NCBI GenBank assembly: GCA_965219095.1
Contig: CBDCMT010000001.1
Location: forward strand, 192,001 to 256,000
DNA length: 64,000 bases
Reading direction: 5' to 3'
DNA from: Bdellovibrionales bacterium
GTDB lineage: Bacteria; Bdellovibrionota; Bdellovibrionia; Bdellovibrionales; UBA1609
Part shown: positions 33,971 through 45,180 of the stretch, piece after piece
How the letters are laid out: each line of letters opens with the position of its first letter
Numbering within the stretch: the first letter of the stretch is position 1
The notes under the pieces: model-generated
The model's database searches: none
What the model was told of the DNA's origin: nothing
Seen by the model: only the letters and a program-made list of their open reading frames with translations
Program-made: the position numbers and the translations under genes

Positions 33971-35110
33971 TATACTCCTTCCGTTTAAGTTTTCCGTTTT
34001 TTTTGAGTTGAGGTCTAGTTTTTATTCTAAGGTCTTGATAAAAAGTCATTTATTTTTAAAAATAGTTTCATATGTCAGGGTTTCTATCAAAAAAAGAGCG
34101 AAAAGATTTACTCTATGAACTATCTCTAGAGAAAAATCTTAAATACGCAAAAAGGATTATGACAATTCTCCATTTAGATAAAGGTGAGTTGTGTAAAGAT
34201 ATTTCCCGTTTTCTTTTCATTGATGAGGGCACGATAAGAGCCTGTAGAGATCGTTATAACAAAGGCGGAATAGAGTGCTTAATCAACGACAATTACAGTT
34301 CTAAAAGGTCCTTTTTAACTCAAAAAGAGGAGAAAATGCTTTGTAAGACATTAGAGAAAAGAATTTTTCCATCATCACAGGCTGTTATTCAGTTCATTGA
34401 GGAGAATTTTAGTGTTACGTACTCAACAAGTGGTGTGATTGATCTTCTCCATCGCCTTGGTTTTTCTTATAAAAAAGCCACAGCGGTGCCGGGTAAGGCA
34501 AAGAGAGAAGAGCAGGAAAAGTTTGTGCGTAAATACAAGAGAATTAAGAAGAAAGACGGTCCTGTTTACTTTGCTGATTCCACACATCCTGAGTGGGGCC
34601 CTACAATTTCATATGGTTGGATAAGAGAGGGTAAGAAGTTTGAAGTGAAGACCAATTCAGGCTGGAGAAAAAGAGTGAATGTTTGTGGAGCTATTGAGAT
34701 CAATAGTTTAAAGACGGTAGTCAGGAGTTATAAGACAGTCAACCATGTTTCTATATGTGATATGCTCCATCATCTTCGCAAGAAGCATCCCGATGAAAAA
34801 GAGATTCATCTTATCTTAGATGGGGCCGGATACAATAGATCAAAGTCTGTCAAGAAGTTAGCGAAAGAGTTGAATATAAAACTTGTTTATCTTCCTCCGT
34901 ACTCACCGAATTTAAATCCTATAGAAAGGCTTTGGAAGTTTATGAAAAAAGAGGTCACGGCGAATCGATATTATGAAAACTATGACGATTTCAAGGGAAG
35001 TTTAAGTCAATTTTTTAGAGGAATACGAAAACACAGACCTAAATTAGAAACTTTGATAACTGATAACTTCTCTATCTTAGGAAACTGAAAACCTAAACGG
35101 AAGCACTATA
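33971..35110 (+). mobile_element. IS630-family element (TA type) with intact transposase 34072-35088
   Basis: Same IRs and 338-aa DDE ORF as the 15142-16281 type. Confidence 0.93.
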
Positions 35111-35489
35111 TAACATCTATTACAATTTAAAGCTTGTTTTTATAACTTCTCCCCTCAGAATCCACAGAAAACCCTTTGTCATAAGAGATTCTCATAGATA
35201 TCTTTTTGATTTTTCTTCTATTTTCCAGAAAGAACATTTTAAACTACCTTTTGATAACATCAACTTTTACCTTGATTTTTTCCTTATCTGAAAATATTTA
35301 TAAACTCTTAACTGTTAGACATAGTCTATAAAATTTACAAAAGTTTTATAAAAAATATAGTAAAAAAGTTAGTTGAACTTTTTTAATTGTCTTAACTGTA
35401 TAAAAAATGATAATAATGATGAAAAATAATTACGCTGGGTGTTTCAGTTAATTTCAAAGGATAAATACGATTTTAAGGAATATGATTTT

Positions 35490-37865
35490 ATGAACTTTAA
35501 AACCTTCTTGTTTGCTTTAAGCTTTCCAGTTTTTTTCTCATTCTCGCAGCTCACTTTTTCACAAACTCCTGTGAGTTCAGATCAACTCACCGAAGCTATC
35601 AAAGAAGCTCGCCTCACAAATCCAGAACTTCGGTACATCAAAAACTTAGCTGAAAGTATGGGAGTCCGGGTCTGGCTTTTAGGAGGATCAGCCTCTAGTT
35701 TAGCTCACTATGTGAAAAAAGATCTAGAACGAAAGGAAAATAAGAACAGGGGCTGGTTTAAACTCCAAAAAGAACATTTCGATTACGACTACACAAAGAT
35801 CTTTTTTCCCACTCAGGATATAGATTTAGTCATAGAAGGGGGGTCAGAGGAAGAAGCCTCAAGGCTAGAAGGAGAGCTTTCTAGAAAGTTTCCTTACTTT
35901 CAAGGAAACAGCAATAAAAGTGCTTGGGAGGTAAGGCCCTTAAGAGAATCAAGAGGTCCAAAGGCACCTTTATTGGAAGGAGATGTATTAAAACAGCATA
36001 CCGATTCTTATTCTGTGATGATGATAGAGCTGACCGAATCTAAAGATCCTGTAGTAAGAAGCATCAAGGAGTGGGATGCTAAAAACCCTTCCCTTTTAGA
36101 AGATCTTCTCAAAGGAGAAATAAGCTATTATGATTCAGAAAATCATAAAGAAACTCAAAGGTACAAGGAGGGTATGAATCCTGAGATCTTTTCAGTCATC
36201 CGTTATCTGATTAAGATGTTTCAGTATGAACTAAAGCCTAAAAAAGAAGATTTAGAAAGGATTAAAGAAATTATAAATGAATTTTCAGCTTCAGAATTAG
36301 AAACAGGTTACGCAGAGTTCTGGTGGAAGATGAATGTAAGAAAGTTATTTATGCAAAATTCTGATCTGGAGAGAGCTTGGAGAGTGCTTGATGAATTAGG
36401 TTTAAAAGAAAAGCTCATAAGCTTGGGAGGGGATCAAGATAGAAAAGAAAGTCTTGCTTTTTGGTTTCATAAAGAGCCTTTAAAAACTAAGAACATAGGA
36501 GAAGGAGAGGGAAGGACAGCTAAGGATCTGGGAATAGAGATCGTATCTCATGAAACAAGTGATTTCGAAGCTTATGAAATTATAACAAGATCTCTTGAAG
36601 GAAAGCCTAATGTTTTTATTTCAAGAGAAAATGTTGTAGGGGAACTTGCATCCTATGGTGAGGGTTTTTACACATCGAAAGAACTAACAGGATGGGGGGA
36701 AACTGGTTTTATGATTCAGTTTCATGTACACCCTGAAGCAAGAGAGGGAGCAGATTTTGCATTTTTTGCATTAAACGGTGATACAGTTATTTTTCGTAAC
36801 AAAGCTGTATTGAGAGTAATTCCTGATAGCTTTAACCTAAGTTTCAGAGGGTTTTTCGAGTTTTTGAAAGGAAGTAAAAAAAACTGGAACAAAGAAAAAG
36901 GCTTGTTAAAAAGGTTAAGAAGAAAAATCAATCGTGAATTATTAAACGGTAAAGTCAGTGATAAGGATCTAGATTATGTTTATAAAGAGATTGTTTTAAA
37001 GTCAATTGAAAAGAAAGATTCTTCATGGGAAGTTGTAGTTCAAGAATGGTTCGAACTGGATCTTTTCCTAAGTTTCAGAGATTTTTTCGAGTTTTTGAAA
37101 GGAAGTAAAAAAAACTGGGATGATGAAAAAGGCTTGTTAGAAAGGTTAAGAAGAAAAATCAATCGTGAATTATTAAACGGTAAAGTCAGTGATAAGGATC
37201 TAGATTATGTTTATAAAGAGATTGTTTTAAAGTCAATTGAAAAGAAAGATTCTTCATGGGAAGTTGTAGTTCAAGAATGGTTCGAACTGGATCTTTCCCT
37301 AAAGTATCTTGATATTGATTTCATTGAACGCTTGATCAACATGGGAAACTTGAAAATTCATTTCTGTATTATAAGATTTTTATCAGAAGACCGAATAATT
37401 CAAGAATATCATAAAGAATGGGTGAGATTGGTGAAGTATATGATTAAGGTAGATAGAGCCCTTTATCTTATCTATTACGTTTTATCAAAAGACTTAGTGA
37501 TTCAAAAATATTATAAGGAATGGTTGGAGTTTATGAAAGTTTTGATTGAAAAAGGCTACGGACAATATATTATAGGGTCTATTTTATCAAAAGACTTAGT
37601 GATTCAAAAAGATCATGAAGAATGGATGGAATTAGTGAAATATTTGATTAAAAAAGGCTATAGACGCGAGGTTCTCGTTCTTTTATCAGACTGGTCAGTT
37701 ATGGAGAGCCTTATGAAAGGACAATTAATTCAAACTTTGATAGAAAAAGATATTCTTACTAAATCTATGGAAGAAAAGTTAGCCACAATAGACTCTCAGT
37801 GGAGAAAAAGGCTTCGAACTGCTAAAAAAATAGGAGAAGACTTTTCTTGCAAGTCTCTTTTTTAA
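35490..37865 (+). CDS. Paralog 1: secreted putative nucleotidyltransferase + ADP-ribosyltransferase-fold + helical-repeat protein
   Basis: Signal peptide from ATG 35490; VWLLGG...DIDLV NTase motif; SHET...YGEGFYT ART-like motif; 77-aa duplication; ~34-aa repeats; ends CKSLF. Confidence 0.7.
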   Translation: MNFKTFLFALSFPVFFSFSQLTFSQTPVSSDQLTEAIKEARLTNPELRYIKNLAESMGVRVWLLGGSASSLAHYVKKDLERKENKNRGWFKLQKEHFDYDYTKIFFPTQDIDLVIEGGSEEEASRLEGELSRKFPYFQGNSNKSAWEVRPLRESRGPKAPLLEGDVLKQHTDSYSVMMIELTESKDPVVRSIKEWDAKNPSLLEDLLKGEISYYDSENHKETQRYKEGMNPEIFSVIRYLIKMFQYELKPKKEDLERIKEIINEFSASELETGYAEFWWKMNVRKLFMQNSDLERAWRVLDELGLKEKLISLGGDQDRKESLAFWFHKEPLKTKNIGEGEGRTAKDLGIEIVSHETSDFEAYEIITRSLEGKPNVFISRENVVGELASYGEGFYTSKELTGWGETGFMIQFHVHPEAREGADFAFFALNGDTVIFRNKAVLRVIPDSFNLSFRGFFEFLKGSKKNWNKEKGLLKRLRRKINRELLNGKVSDKDLDYVYKEIVLKSIEKKDSSWEVVVQEWFELDLFLSFRDFFEFLKGSKKNWDDEKGLLERLRRKINRELLNGKVSDKDLDYVYKEIVLKSIEKKDSSWEVVVQEWFELDLSLKYLDIDFIERLINMGNLKIHFCIIRFLSEDRIIQEYHKEWVRLVKYMIKVDRALYLIYYVLSKDLVIQKYYKEWLEFMKVLIEKGYGQYIIGSILSKDLVIQKDHEEWMELVKYLIKKGYRREVLVLLSDWSVMESLMKGQLIQTLIEKDILTKSMEEKLATIDSQWRKRLRTAKKIGEDFSCKSLF
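36836..37297 (+). repeat. In-frame tandem duplication, 2 x 231 bp (77 aa)
   Basis: Units start CCTAAGTTTCAGAG at 36836 and 37067. A more diverged pair is at 39920/40151; paralog 3 has one unit. Confidence 0.92.
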
Positions 37866-38573
37866 AAAAGTGTGATAGTTGTGGCTTGATCTGACATGTC
37901 TTGAAATATCAGAAATATTTTACATGAATTAAAACCTTTATTCTATGAACATGGATGTGATTTTTGATTAGTGTTATTTATTGAAGTGAAGAAGAAAATT
38001 AAGCTGAAAAATAGGTTCGCTATTGATAGGGCGGATTTGTCTAAAATTGATTTGCCAGCATTCTCTTGGAAGCAAAAGGGATGTAGAGTATTCCCAAGAT
38101 TTGATAATTTTTGATAGAGTAGAATAGTTGATTTTACTTTTAAATTTCAGAAAAGAGTTCTTAAAAAAAAATCTAAAAACCAGTCTTCATCAAAGCTTGT
38201 TTTTATAACCTCCCCTTTCAGAATCTACAGAAAACCCTTTGTCATAAGAGATTCTCATAGATAGCTTTTTAATTTCTCTTCTATTTTCTAGAAAGAACAT
38301 TTTAAACTGCCTTTTGATAACATCAACTTTTATCTTAATCCTTAACAAAACCCTCTTTGATTTTTTTCTTATCTGAAAATATTTATGAACTCTTAACTGT
38401 CAGACACAATCTATAAAATTTACAAAAGTTTTATAAAAAATATAGTAAAAAAGTTAGTTGAAATTTTTCAAGTTGGCTTACTGCGTAAAAAATGATAAAA
38501 TGATGAGAAAAATATTCATAAGTTTTTTACAAAACTTCATAAGGGTAAATATGATTTTAAGGAATATGATTTT

Positions 38574-41273
38574 ATGAACTTAAAAAAATTTAAAACCTTC
38601 TTGCTTGCTTTAAGCTTTCCCGTTTTTTTCTTATTCTCGAAGTCCACTTTTTCACAAACTCATGTGGACTCAGACCAACTCACCGAAGCTATCAAACAAG
38701 CTCGCCTCACAAATCCAGAACTTCGGTACATCAAAAACTTAGCTGAAAGAATGGGAGTCCGGGTCTGGCTTTTGGGAGGATCAGCCTCCAGCTTAGCTTA
38801 CTATGTGAAAAAAGATCTAGAACGAAAGAAAGATAAGAACGAGGGCTGGTTTAAACCCCAAAAAGAACATTTCGGTTACGACTACACAAAGATCTTTTTT
38901 CCCACTCAGGATATAGATTTAGTTATAGAAGGGGGGTCAGGGGAAAAAGCTTCAAGGCTAGAAGAAGAGCTTTCTAGAAAGTTTCCCTACTTTCAAGGAA
39001 ACAGCAATAAAAGTGCTTGGGAGGTAAGGCCTTTAAGAGAATCAAGAGGTCCAAAGGCACCTTTATTGGAAGGAGATGTATTAAAACAGCATACCGATTC
39101 TTATTCTGTGATGATGATAGAGCTGACTGAATCTAAAGATCCTGTAGTAAGAAGCATCAAGGAGTGGGATTCCAGAAACTCTTCCCTTTTAGAAGATCTT
39201 CTCAAAGGAGAAATAAGCTATTATGATTCAAAAAATCATAAAGAAACTCAAAGGTACAAAGAGGGTATGAATCCTGAGATCTTTTCAGTCATCCGTTATT
39301 TGATTAAAATGTTTCAATATGAACTAAAGCCTAAAAAAGAAGATTTAGAAAGGATTAAAGAAATTATAAATGAATTTTCAGATTCAAAATTAAAAACAGG
39401 TTATGCAAAGTTCTGGTGGGAGATGAATGTAAGAAAGTTATTTATGCAAAATTCTGATCTGGAGAGAGCTTGGAGAGTGCTTGATGAATTAGGTTTAAAA
39501 GAAAAGCTCATAAATTTGGGGGGAGATAAAGAGAAAAAAGGAAGTCTTGCTTTTTGGTTTCATAAAGAGCCTTTAAAAGCTAAGAACATAGGAGAAGGAA
39601 AGGGAAGGACAGCTAAGGATCTGGGAATAGAGATCGTCTCTCATGAAACAAGAGATTTTAAAGCTTATGAAATTATAACAAGATCTCTTAAAGGAAAGCC
39701 TAATGCTTTTCTCTCAAGAGAAAATGCTGAGGGAGAGAATGCAGCATTTGGAGCGGGCTTGTACACAATGAAGGGGCTAACAGGAGCAGCGAGAGCTGGT
39801 TTTACGATTCGGTTTCATGTACACCCTGAAGCAAGAGAGGGAGCAGATTTTGCATTAGACGGTGATATAGTTATTTTTCGTAACAAAGCTGTATTGAGAG
39901 TAATTCCTGATAGCTTTAACCTAAATTTCAGAGAGTTTTTCGAGTTTTTGAAAAGAAGTAAAAAAAACTGGGACAATGAAAAAGGCTTGTTAGAAAGGTT
40001 AAAAAGAAAACTGGATCGTGAATTATTAAACGGTAAAGTCAGTGATAAGGATCTAGATTATGTTTATAAAGAGATTGTTTTAAAGTCAGTTAAAAAGGGA
40101 AACCCTTCATGGGAAATTGTCCTTCAAGAATGGTTTGAACTGGATCTTTTCCTAAGTTTCAGAGATTTTTTCGAGTTTTTGAGAAGAAGTGAAAAAAACT
40201 GGAACCTTGAACAAGGTTTGTTAGAAAAGTTAAGAAGAAAAATAAATCGTGAATCATTAAACGGTAAAGTCAGTGATAAGGATCTAGATTATGTTTATAA
40301 AGAGATTGTTTTAAAGTCAATTGAAAAGAAAGATTCTTCATGGGAATCTGTCATTTCAATATGGTTCACACTAGATATTTCTATAAAGTATCTTGATATT
40401 GATTTTATTAAACGCTTGATCGACAACATGGTAGGAGGGGAACCTCATCAATATATGATAAATATTATAAGGTTTATTTTATCAGATGACCGAATGATTC
40501 AGAAATATCATAAAGAATGGGTGAAAATCATGGAAGCTCTGATTGGAAGAGGCTACGCTAGTTTTATTGCAGAGTACTTTTTATCAAAAGACTTCGTGAT
40601 TCAAGAATATCATCAAGAATGGATGAAGTTAGTAAAATATATGATTAAAAAAGGCTACGGTGAATATATTATAAAGTACGTTTTATCAAAAGACTTAGTG
40701 ATTCGAAAATATCATAAGGAATGGACAAAGCTTATGAAATATTTCATAAATAAAGACTACCCCCTCAATCATAGAGTGATTTTAAAACGTGTTTTGTTAA
40801 AAGACTTAATAATTCAACAATACCCGGAAAAATGGGCGGAATGGATGGGGATTTTGGTTCGCAAACAATCTTATTCTGCTGCAGGATATGTTTTATCAAA
40901 AGAAATTGTAATTCAACAACATCCGGAAAAGTGGATGAAGTGGATGATTATAGTTTTATTTCCAGAACACCGTATGGGCACTTTTTATTATGCAGCTGAA
41001 GAACTGGTTTTATGGAAAAAGTCAATGATGAAGCATCCTCAGTGGGCAAAATTAATCCAACGTTTAGCGAAATTAGCGAAACAGTATAATGACCATGACT
41101 TAAAAGCCAGGATAGAAAAGTTAGTAAGAAACCACCCTCAGTGGAAAGAATGGCTGCAAACTACGAAAAGTAGCGAAGAAGATATGAAGTTTAAACTTAT
41201 TGAAGACTTTCTCAAATATAAGTCTAATGAAAAGCCTCAATTCTCAAAAAATTCTTGTAAGCTTCTCTTCTAA
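38574..41273 (+). CDS. Paralog 2: secreted putative NTase + ART-fold + helical-repeat protein (899 aa)
   Basis: Same N-terminal architecture; SHET...FGAGLYT; longer, different C-terminus; ends CKLLF. Confidence 0.7.
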   Translation: MNLKKFKTFLLALSFPVFFLFSKSTFSQTHVDSDQLTEAIKQARLTNPELRYIKNLAERMGVRVWLLGGSASSLAYYVKKDLERKKDKNEGWFKPQKEHFGYDYTKIFFPTQDIDLVIEGGSGEKASRLEEELSRKFPYFQGNSNKSAWEVRPLRESRGPKAPLLEGDVLKQHTDSYSVMMIELTESKDPVVRSIKEWDSRNSSLLEDLLKGEISYYDSKNHKETQRYKEGMNPEIFSVIRYLIKMFQYELKPKKEDLERIKEIINEFSDSKLKTGYAKFWWEMNVRKLFMQNSDLERAWRVLDELGLKEKLINLGGDKEKKGSLAFWFHKEPLKAKNIGEGKGRTAKDLGIEIVSHETRDFKAYEIITRSLKGKPNAFLSRENAEGENAAFGAGLYTMKGLTGAARAGFTIRFHVHPEAREGADFALDGDIVIFRNKAVLRVIPDSFNLNFREFFEFLKRSKKNWDNEKGLLERLKRKLDRELLNGKVSDKDLDYVYKEIVLKSVKKGNPSWEIVLQEWFELDLFLSFRDFFEFLRRSEKNWNLEQGLLEKLRRKINRESLNGKVSDKDLDYVYKEIVLKSIEKKDSSWESVISIWFTLDISIKYLDIDFIKRLIDNMVGGEPHQYMINIIRFILSDDRMIQKYHKEWVKIMEALIGRGYASFIAEYFLSKDFVIQEYHQEWMKLVKYMIKKGYGEYIIKYVLSKDLVIRKYHKEWTKLMKYFINKDYPLNHRVILKRVLLKDLIIQQYPEKWAEWMGILVRKQSYSAAGYVLSKEIVIQQHPEKWMKWMIIVLFPEHRMGTFYYAAEELVLWKKSMMKHPQWAKLIQRLAKLAKQYNDHDLKARIEKLVRNHPQWKEWLQTTKSSEEDMKFKLIEDFLKYKSNEKPQFSKNSCKLLF

Positions 41274-42271
41274 CAAACTTCACTCTTATTTTAGCCTGAA
41301 ATCCCTAAAATTATGACTAGCTTTTTAGAAAAGGGAATGATTTTCTTTTCATAGACATTTCTTACAATTGTATCTTAGTGTTTGACTCCACTTTTTTAAC
41401 GCAGTCCAAAGTGTCTATCACACAGCCTATAAAATTTACAAAAGTTTTATAAAAAATATAGTAAAAAAGTTAGTTGAAACTTTTCAAGTTGGCTTACTGC
41501 GTAAAAAATGATAAAATGATGAGAAAAACACTCATAAGTTTTTCACAAAACTTCATAAGGGTAAATATGATTTTAAGGAATATGATTTTATGAACTTTAA
41601 AACCTTCTTGTTTGCTTTAAGCTTTCCCGTTTTTTTCTCATTCTCGAAGTCCACTTTTTCACAAACTTCTGTGAATTTAGACCAACTCACCGAAGCTATC
41701 AAAGAAGCTCGCCTCACAAATCCAGAACTTCGGTACATCAAAAACTTAGCTGAAAGAATGGGAGTCCGGGTCTGGCTTTTGGGAGGATCAGCCTCCAGCT
41801 TAGCTTACTATGTGAAAAAAGATCTAGAACGAAAGGAAGATAAGAACGAGGGCTGGTTTAAACTCAAAAAAGAATATTTCGATTACGACTACACAAAGAT
41901 CTTTTTTCCCACTCAGGATATAGATTTAGTCGTAGAAGGGGGGTCAGAGGAAAAAGTCTCAAAGCTAGAAGAAGAAATCTCTAGAAAGTTCCCCTACTTT
42001 CAAGGAAACAGCAATAAAAGTGCTTGGGAGGTAAGGCCTTTAAGAGAATCAAGAGGTCCAAAGGCATCTTTATTGGGAGGAGATGTATTAAAACAGCATA
42101 CCGATTCTTATTCTGTGATGATGATAGAGCTGACCGAATCTAAAGATCCTGTAATAAAAAGCATCAAGGAGTGGGATTCCAGAAATCCTTCCCTTTTAGA
42201 AGACCTTCTCAAAGGAGAAATAAGCTATTATGATTCAGAAAATCCCTGAAATCTGTTAATTTTGGTACTAG

Positions 42272-43546
42272 TACAGCATAACCTTAAATTTCAATATATT
42301 TGACTTGTATTTTTGTTGTTCCTATAATATTTGTTGTAGTTTAATAAAAAGTCCAAGGAGGGGATATGAGATCAAAGATGAAATTAAAAACAAAGGCAAG
42401 AGCAAATCCAAAAGCAAAAAGAAAGCCAAAAGTAAGGATAAAGTTAAAGAGTTCAGAGAAGACAAAATTAGAGAAGATGTTGAAGAAGGGAGTGAATCAG
42501 TCTCGAGTTTTAACACGAGCCAGGGTTTTACTTTTAAGCCATCAAGGGAAGGGTTCCACAGAGGTTTGTGAGATTCTTGGAGTGAGAACTTTAGGGACTA
42601 TTCAAAATATCAAAGAAGGGTACTTGAAGGGAGGATTAGGGAGAGCACTTTATGATGCTCCTCGTCCTGGAAAGCCTCCTAAGTTTACAGGGAAGCAAAG
42701 GACGAAGATTACGAGTTTAGCTTGTACGAAAGCTCCTGAAGGTTATGGTCGATGGAGTTTACAGATGCTATCTGATAAGTTGGTTGAGTTAAATGTTGTA
42801 GACTCTATTTCTCACACCCATGTGGGTCGTATATTAAAAAAAACGAAGTCAAACCTCATTTAAAAAGACAGTGGTGTTTAAGCAAGATCGATTCTCATTT
42901 TATTTGCCAAATGGAGTCTGTTTTAGAAGTTTATGAAAGAAAGCTAGATTCTAATCGTCCTGTTCTTTGTTTTGATGAGCGTCCTTGTCAATTGATAGAA
43001 GATGTTTTGATGCCAGTTCCTGTAAGCCCTGGAAAAGAAAAAAGAGAGGATTATCATTACAAAAGAAATGGAACCTGTGTTGTGTTCTTAGCCATAGAGC
43101 CATTGAGTGGAAGAAGAATTGTAGAGGTAAGAAAGAGAAAAACAAAGAAAGATTATGCTCTTTTCATGAGAAAAATGTCCTTATATTATAAGGACGTAGA
43201 CAAGATCACATTGATACAAGATAATTTAAACACTCACAATGGCTCTTCTTTTTATGAGAACATGCCAGCTCAAAAGGCCTTGGAGTTAAAAAATAGACTT
43301 GAGATGATTTATACTCCTAAAAAGGCCAGTTGGTTAAATATGGCAGAAATCGAGTTTTCGGCTCTTTCAAAGCAATGTTTAAACCGACGTATAGGAAGTT
43401 TTGAACAACTAAAAAAAGAAGTAGAAACTTGGACCCGTAAGAGAAACAAAGATAGAATCAAAATCAATTGGCAGTTTACAAATAATAAGGCTAGAAATAA
43501 GTTTAAGAGGCATTATGAAAATATTAAAATTTAATGTTATGCTGTA
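42272..43546 (+). mobile_element. IS630-family element (CTAG type), ORFs 42366-42863 and 42911-43534
   Basis: CTAG duplicated at 42268-42271 and 43547-43550; near-identical to 2904-4178. Confidence 0.93.
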
Positions 43547-43596
43547 CTAGGTTTTTATTCGGCCCTCGTAATGCTTCGCATTAGTCGGAGGGGATT

Positions 43597-45180
43597 TTAC
43601 AACTTAAAGCTGTGTGGGATTTCTTGAGTCACATTAAAAGCTTTATAAAGGCTCTTTTGCTTACCGGACAACTCTCCTAATCTTGTTTGTCCTGTGGCCA
43701 ATTTATAGAACTTTAATTTGTCTAAAATTTTATAGACCTCTGTTTTTGAAAATTTCTTGTACAGATTCTTTTCTTTCATCACATTATTTATGTGAGAGAT
43801 TAAAATTAAAGCTATAAAGTTAATAAATAAACTTCCTCTCATGGTTTGTAGCGAATGAGTCCTCGCTCGCTTTTCATTTATATCATGCTTGAAAGACAAA
43901 AAAATCTTTTCAATGCTATCTTTGTTTCTATACAACTCTAAGATCTCATCTTTTGAAAGCTTTTGATCGCAATCGGTAAGTAAAATCAACACACCCATTT
44001 TTCGCATCTGCTTTTTAATATAATCCAAATCTTTCGAAATAAAAAAAACTCCCTTTTTCTTGACAACTGTAAAGCGCTTCTTGGCACTCTTTAAGGTTTC
44101 TGCTATGCACTCATCGCACTCTTTCTTTGTCCTAAATTTCTTCTTAGAAAATCTTCGCTCAAAACAATCCAACTTCAATAGCATTTCATTTTTTTTAGAC
44201 ACCCTTCTCTTTTCATCCAAATATATATGAGCCATACAACGAGTCTTTCCAATTTTAATTTCTCGTCTGCAGTAAGAATAAACTTGACCACGGAATACAA
44301 ACGAAGAGGGAATTGAATCAAGCTCCTTACTCACAGATCCCAATAAAGCATGGGATAGACTCGTACTAAAGCTCATAGGGACGATGTACGATGAAGCCTC
44401 CCTGTTTAAATCTTTTATGTTTTCTTGGCTGTAAAACCCTTTATCTAAAACAAAACACTTCAAATCTAAATCGTATTCCTTGGCTAACTGTAACACGCTC
44501 CTTAATGACACAACATCAGTAATACTGCCCGGATACAATCGATAACCCAAAGGAAGGCTTGAACTTCCTTTGCCTAAACCTTCCTTGCTCTGACTTAAAA
44601 CTCCTAAATTGACTTGATCCAAAGACTCACCATCTCGATTATAACCCCTTTCTAAAAACTCATTCTCAACACCATAAGAAGATATAGATGTAATATCAAA
44701 CATAAAAACTCTGGAGCTTTCTCTGTGTACACCAATCCACTCCATAAAAAATCTCTCCACTCTCTGCTCGTCTAAACCTATAGATAAAAGAAAATTACTT
44801 ATGTCCGGTGAATTAAGACAATTCTTGGAAGAAACAAAGGATTCTTGACACCAATACGGATAAAGATAATAAGCTTCCCCCCTAATCACTTTAAAAAAAG
44901 ACAAATAAAGAACCTTCTCATATTCTTTCGGAAAAACTTTCTTTAACACCTTCACTAAATTTAATTGCTTGCTGATCTCTCGCAAAAGATGCACCCCCCC
45001 AACACCTACAGAACCTATAGGATGTTTGTTCAACTTGGCTTCAAGCTTCCCCGTAGATTGATTCTTCTTGCCCAAATAAACTCTTCTCTGACGAGATTGT
45101 TTTTTTTCTTTGTCCCAGTAACTGCTTATCTCATACACATAGATGCTTCCATTTCTTTTCTCTTCATACCTATAAGACAT
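43597..45180 (-). CDS. IS1634-family transposase
   Basis: FDITSISSY, GYNRDG, LDKGFYS, YRNKDSIEKIF motifs. Confidence 0.9.
   Translation of the reverse strand: MSYRYEEKRNGSIYVYEISSYWDKEKKQSRQRRVYLGKKNQSTGKLEAKLNKHPIGSVGVGGVHLLREISKQLNLVKVLKKVFPKEYEKVLYLSFFKVIRGEAYYLYPYWCQESFVSSKNCLNSPDISNFLLSIGLDEQRVERFFMEWIGVHRESSRVFMFDITSISSYGVENEFLERGYNRDGESLDQVNLGVLSQSKEGLGKGSSSLPLGYRLYPGSITDVVSLRSVLQLAKEYDLDLKCFVLDKGFYSQENIKDLNREASSYIVPMSFSTSLSHALLGSVSKELDSIPSSFVFRGQVYSYCRREIKIGKTRCMAHIYLDEKRRVSKKNEMLLKLDCFERRFSKKKFRTKKECDECIAETLKSAKKRFTVVKKKGVFFISKDLDYIKKQMRKMGVLILLTDCDQKLSKDEILELYRNKDSIEKIFLSFKHDINEKRARTHSLQTMRGSLFINFIALILISHINNVMKEKNLYKKFSKTEVYKILDKLKFYKLATGQTRLGELSGKQKSLYKAFNVTQEIPHSFKL

Larger units (their letters stand above)
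31418..35261. repeat. Left arm of 2.44 kb inverted duplication (carries an extra IS256)
   Basis: Reverse complement of 48067-50507 once IS256 and one copy of its target duplication are removed. Confidence 0.93.

Noticed and set aside
37848..37865. CaaX prenylation motif
   Set aside because: Cys is fifth from the end (CKSLF), not fourth
35490..41273. Housekeeping cca or pcnB
   Set aside because: Signal peptides, multiple copies, loss of RRD and EDxxR, and an extra ART-like domain
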